Of a DNA stretch of 64,000 bases, positions 61,413 to 64,000 are shown piece after piece (positions within the stretch are counted from its first letter, which is position 1; each line of letters begins with the position of its first letter). The stretch covers positions 9,334 through 73,333 of the forward strand of contig JAZKSH010000001.1 in NCBI GenBank assembly GCA_036626195.1, in the 5' to 3' direction. Made by a program: the position numbers and the translations under genes. The stretch comes from Thermoplasmatota archaeon (GTDB taxonomy: Archaea > Thermoplasmatota > Thermoplasmata > Halarchaeoplasmatales > Halarchaeoplasmataceae). Below the pieces are notes generated by a model. That model saw nothing but the letters and a program-made list of their open reading frames with translations, was not told the origin of the DNA and ran no database searches.

Positions 61413-63409
61413 GGCGATACCTCCTCGGTCAGCCTAGAAATGGATGAATTGAACTTTTCGATCTCAGAAGAGGAGATACTTTTGTCCGTGAAGAGCACCT
61501 TTTCGAATCGATCTGTTACGTACCTGACGTGGTTTTCTAGATCCTTCAGTTTGGGGTGAGAACTAATTTCACGCTCGAGCTCTTGATGGGTCTTACCCTT
61601 AGAAAAATCGATGAATCCAGAACTCTGCAGTATATCTAGAAAATTTCGATAGGCTGCGGGGATATCCTCGCTAGAACTCGCACTCGGTATGGAAATCTTC
61701 GAGGAAGGTTCTCTTATCTTCTCTTTCACACCCTCTTCCTCTTCTTTTTCTTCTTCACCTGTGAGTACATATAACAGGATCAATGCCACTGCGATCAATA
61801 CCGCTATCATACTGATAAATGTATAACTCTTCCAAAACGGTTCTTCTTCCTCTACGTCGATCTGAATATCTTCAGTTCTTACATCTCTAAACTTTTCCGT
61901 TCCTTCGAAATAAACGTTCAGTACGTGGTGGCCGCTCTCAAGTTCCTGATCAGCGGAAAAGACGAAAGTGAAATTCCCTCCGGCTCCCGTTTCTACCGAT
62001 CCCACCACCTCACCATTTAGACTTATACTCAGATTCTGCCCCTCTATACCTTCTCCGGACAAGGCGTTCAAGAGTTTACCGTTTAAAGCAAATTCATCGG
62101 TTCGGTCTTTCCTTATAACTTCTGGATGAGTTAAATCCACTATTTCTGTAGGTATGCTGACCTCGAAACTTATGGTTTTTGAGACCGGTGAGATAGTCCT
62201 GTTTCCCGGGTATTTTAAACTAAGTTCTGTTCTACCCCACCTGAATTCTTTCGAATTGTTTTTCAGCTCGAAAAATCCATCGGATGTAAGATTTGTTATC
62301 CCGGCAAAAGTGTCATTTTTATAGATACTCAGATCTATCTCAGATAGATTCACATCCGCAGGTGTTTTAAAAACTCCAAAAATCTCGACGGTCTCGTTAT
62401 AATACAAGTCTTTTTCTTTCTCCAATTCCAAGCTGGAAGTATAAGGAACTATATCTATCGTCAGGTTTCTCGAACGGATCTTTTTCCCTTCAAGTTCGAC
62501 CTCCGCCCTAAAGGTTAGAGTTTTATTTAGGTCCCGGTCCCAACTGATATTATACGTATATTCGTAAGACCCGTTATCTGTTAAAACTTTATCTATTTCC
62601 TCTTCATTCTTAAAAATCTGGATCTCAGCACCCGTGGTTTCATTTCCTTCGTGGATATGATATCCACTTATATCTATACCAGCGCCGGGATGTCCTACCT
62701 CTAGACCGTAGATCGTCAAAGCTGTAGGTTCCTCGTTTTCCTTAAGCTGACCTAAAAGGATCTCATACTTCGAGATTAAATCCTCATTTTCTTCAACCGA
62801 AGTCTCCAATCGGTCCAAGTCAAGAAAATCGATCTCCCTTACGATTTCATCCATGCTCTTTAAAGTATTATTCATAAGTTCTAAATGATTAAGAGAGTTA
62901 GCGATCAAACCCCCCATGGTTTCTCCCCCATAATCTGACTCGTTCAAACTTCCTTCGATCATCCGGCCGATGAGGGTTAAATTGGAGACCATATAAGAAT
63001 GACTTTTGGCATACCTGGTCAGATTGGCAGAGGTACTCTGGAAAGGAACAAAATATTCGTCAAGGTACTCGGCGCTTTCGACTTCGCCTCTTATATCTTC
63101 TAATACTGAATCCGGCCCCGATAGATTCTCTTCAATATCAACAGCTATCTCTTCAGAGCGTTTAAGAGACTCATGATCGGCAAAGGTATCCTCTTCCTTT
63201 CTTTCTAGGGTATAGTTCACCTCTAAAGCTCGTTCGAGAGATCTGTTCATCTGTTCTTTTGTTGTTTCTAGGATGTCAAAAAGCGACTCCAGATCCCCCT
63301 CAGCCTCATCCGGGTCTTCATGACCAGCTAGAACCGTATTTAACAGCAAGGTGGATAGAAGGATAATCAGGACCACGAATACTGAGTTGAAGTACTTTGA
63401 ATTTAGCAT
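61409..63409 (-). CDS. Large secreted/membrane-anchored protein with an N-terminal signal, a beta-rich ectodomain, a C-terminal TM helix and a cytoplasmic DUF4129-like tail, tentative
   Basis: MLNSKYFNSVFVVLIILL signal/anchor. A TM helix occurs near residue 540. Many N-x-T sequons. Confidence 0.4.
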   Translation of the reverse strand: MLNSKYFNSVFVVLIILLSTLLLNTVLAGHEDPDEAEGDLESLFDILETTKEQMNRSLERALEVNYTLERKEEDTFADHESLKRSEEIAVDIEENLSGPDSVLEDIRGEVESAEYLDEYFVPFQSTSANLTRYAKSHSYMVSNLTLIGRMIEGSLNESDYGGETMGGLIANSLNHLELMNNTLKSMDEIVREIDFLDLDRLETSVEENEDLISKYEILLGQLKENEEPTALTIYGLEVGHPGAGIDISGYHIHEGNETTGAEIQIFKNEEEIDKVLTDNGSYEYTYNISWDRDLNKTLTFRAEVELEGKKIRSRNLTIDIVPYTSSLELEKEKDLYYNETVEIFGVFKTPADVNLSEIDLSIYKNDTFAGITNLTSDGFFELKNNSKEFRWGRTELSLKYPGNRTISPVSKTISFEVSIPTEIVDLTHPEVIRKDRTDEFALNGKLLNALSGEGIEGQNLSISLNGEVVGSVETGAGGNFTFVFSADQELESGHHVLNVYFEGTEKFRDVRTEDIQIDVEEEEPFWKSYTFISMIAVLIAVALILLYVLTGEEEKEEEEGVKEKIREPSSKISIPSASSSEDIPAAYRNFLDILQSSGFIDFSKGKTHQELEREISSHPKLKDLENHVRYVTDRFEKVLFTDKSISSSEIEKFNSSISRLTEEVSP

Positions 63410-63471
63410 TTAAATAATCAACTTAAAGGTTCCAATTAAAACTTTTCTGTTACTAAGTCAGAAATCATATT

Positions 63472-64000
63472 TTATCCAATAACATCTTCTAGTGCATCCA
63501 TGGTTCTCTTCACTTTTTCTCTCTTAGCGTTAAATCCCATGTGACCAACTCTTATGATATCATCTTCCATTTCTCCGAGACCAGTAGCTAAAAGTATATC
63601 GTGCTCTTCTTTCATCTCTTTTTGTATCCGGAGAGCTTCGCCCTCCACTTCAAAGGCGGTGACAGTATCCGAAGAGATACCCTCTATTTCTGGGTAGAGG
63701 GAGAGGCCTATCTCCTTCCCTCTTTTTCTACATATGCTGGCAACCTCTTCATGCCGGGCATAGATATACGGGATACCCTCCTCAAGAAGGGTTTTCACCG
63801 ATTCGTCAAGAGCGTAAAGGTTAGAGACGAGATGAGTATATGGAAATCGGCCTTCTTCTAACCACATCTCTTTCCAAACTTTCAAGCTGGTATAGTAATG
63901 ATGGTTCTCTTTCTCATCATCCATGATCACGTCCCAGGCGTCATCGCTTACGGACATGGGTGCCAAGCCAGGAGGGGAACTAAAACACTTTTGAGACCCG
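63472..64000 (-). CDS. Class V aminotransferase (AGXT/serine-pyruvate aminotransferase family), C-terminal part; the gene continues beyond the window
   Basis: The reading frame stays open upstream of the listed start. A GSQKCFSSPPGLAP block and a C-terminal HMGF block are present. Confidence 0.75.
   Translation of the reverse strand, partial: GSQKCFSSPPGLAPMSVSDDAWDVIMDDEKENHHYYTSLKVWKEMWLEEGRFPYTHLVSNLYALDESVKTLLEEGIPYIYARHEEVASICRKRGKEIGLSLYPEIEGISSDTVTAFEVEGEALRIQKEMKEEHDILLATGLGEMEDDIIRVGHMGFNAKREKVKRTMDALEDVIG

Overview
The window is a 64 kb archaeal chromosomal segment on a single replicon. It carries no rRNA and no CRISPR array. Gene content is Euryarchaeota-like (aEF-1beta, aMBF1, Kae1, Orc1/Cdc6, RPA, Csl4, an RNase P RNA, archaeal phosphopantothenate synthetase). 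Coding density is high and both strands are used.

The largest unit is a complete 14-gene membrane-bound [NiFe] hydrogenase/Mrp-type cluster (mbhA-N order, 9.1-17.3 kb). A hydrogenase maturation protease gene lies divergently next to it.

Other identifiable blocks:
- pcm, a PPS-ahcY pair, and a METTL5-like methylase next to csl4.
- purS-purL, malic enzyme, and kae1.
- An RPA module and orc1.
- A four-subunit dye-linked L-proline-dehydrogenase-like flavoenzyme cluster.
- A large beta-helix/Ig-repeat surface protein.
- gyrB-gyrA, a tRNA-Arg(TCT), a universal stress protein, an M32 carboxypeptidase, an RNase HI, and a DUF1616/DUF58/MoxR-type membrane cluster.

Structures that ordinary annotation would not explain:
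1. A 1736-aa coiled-coil protein built from near-identical 333-nt tandem units. Its C-terminal globular domain has a stand-alone paralog encoded immediately upstream.
2. A translationally coupled roadblock/LC7 plus double-KaiC-like ATPase pair, with a degenerate second ATPase domain.
3. An archaeal bactofilin-like protein with a coiled coil and a zinc ribbon, next to orc1.
4. A tRNA-Arg locus flanked by partial tRNA copies, an exact 144-nt direct duplication and an array of similar hairpins.
5. An apparent RNase P RNA in a 430-nt ORF-free gap.
6. Two small zinc-ribbon genes missed by the ORF track.
7. A frameshifted moxR.
8. A coding-like but stop-riddled 560-nt region that may be a decayed gene.

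All calls rest on reading the sequence and on family knowledge. No searches were run.
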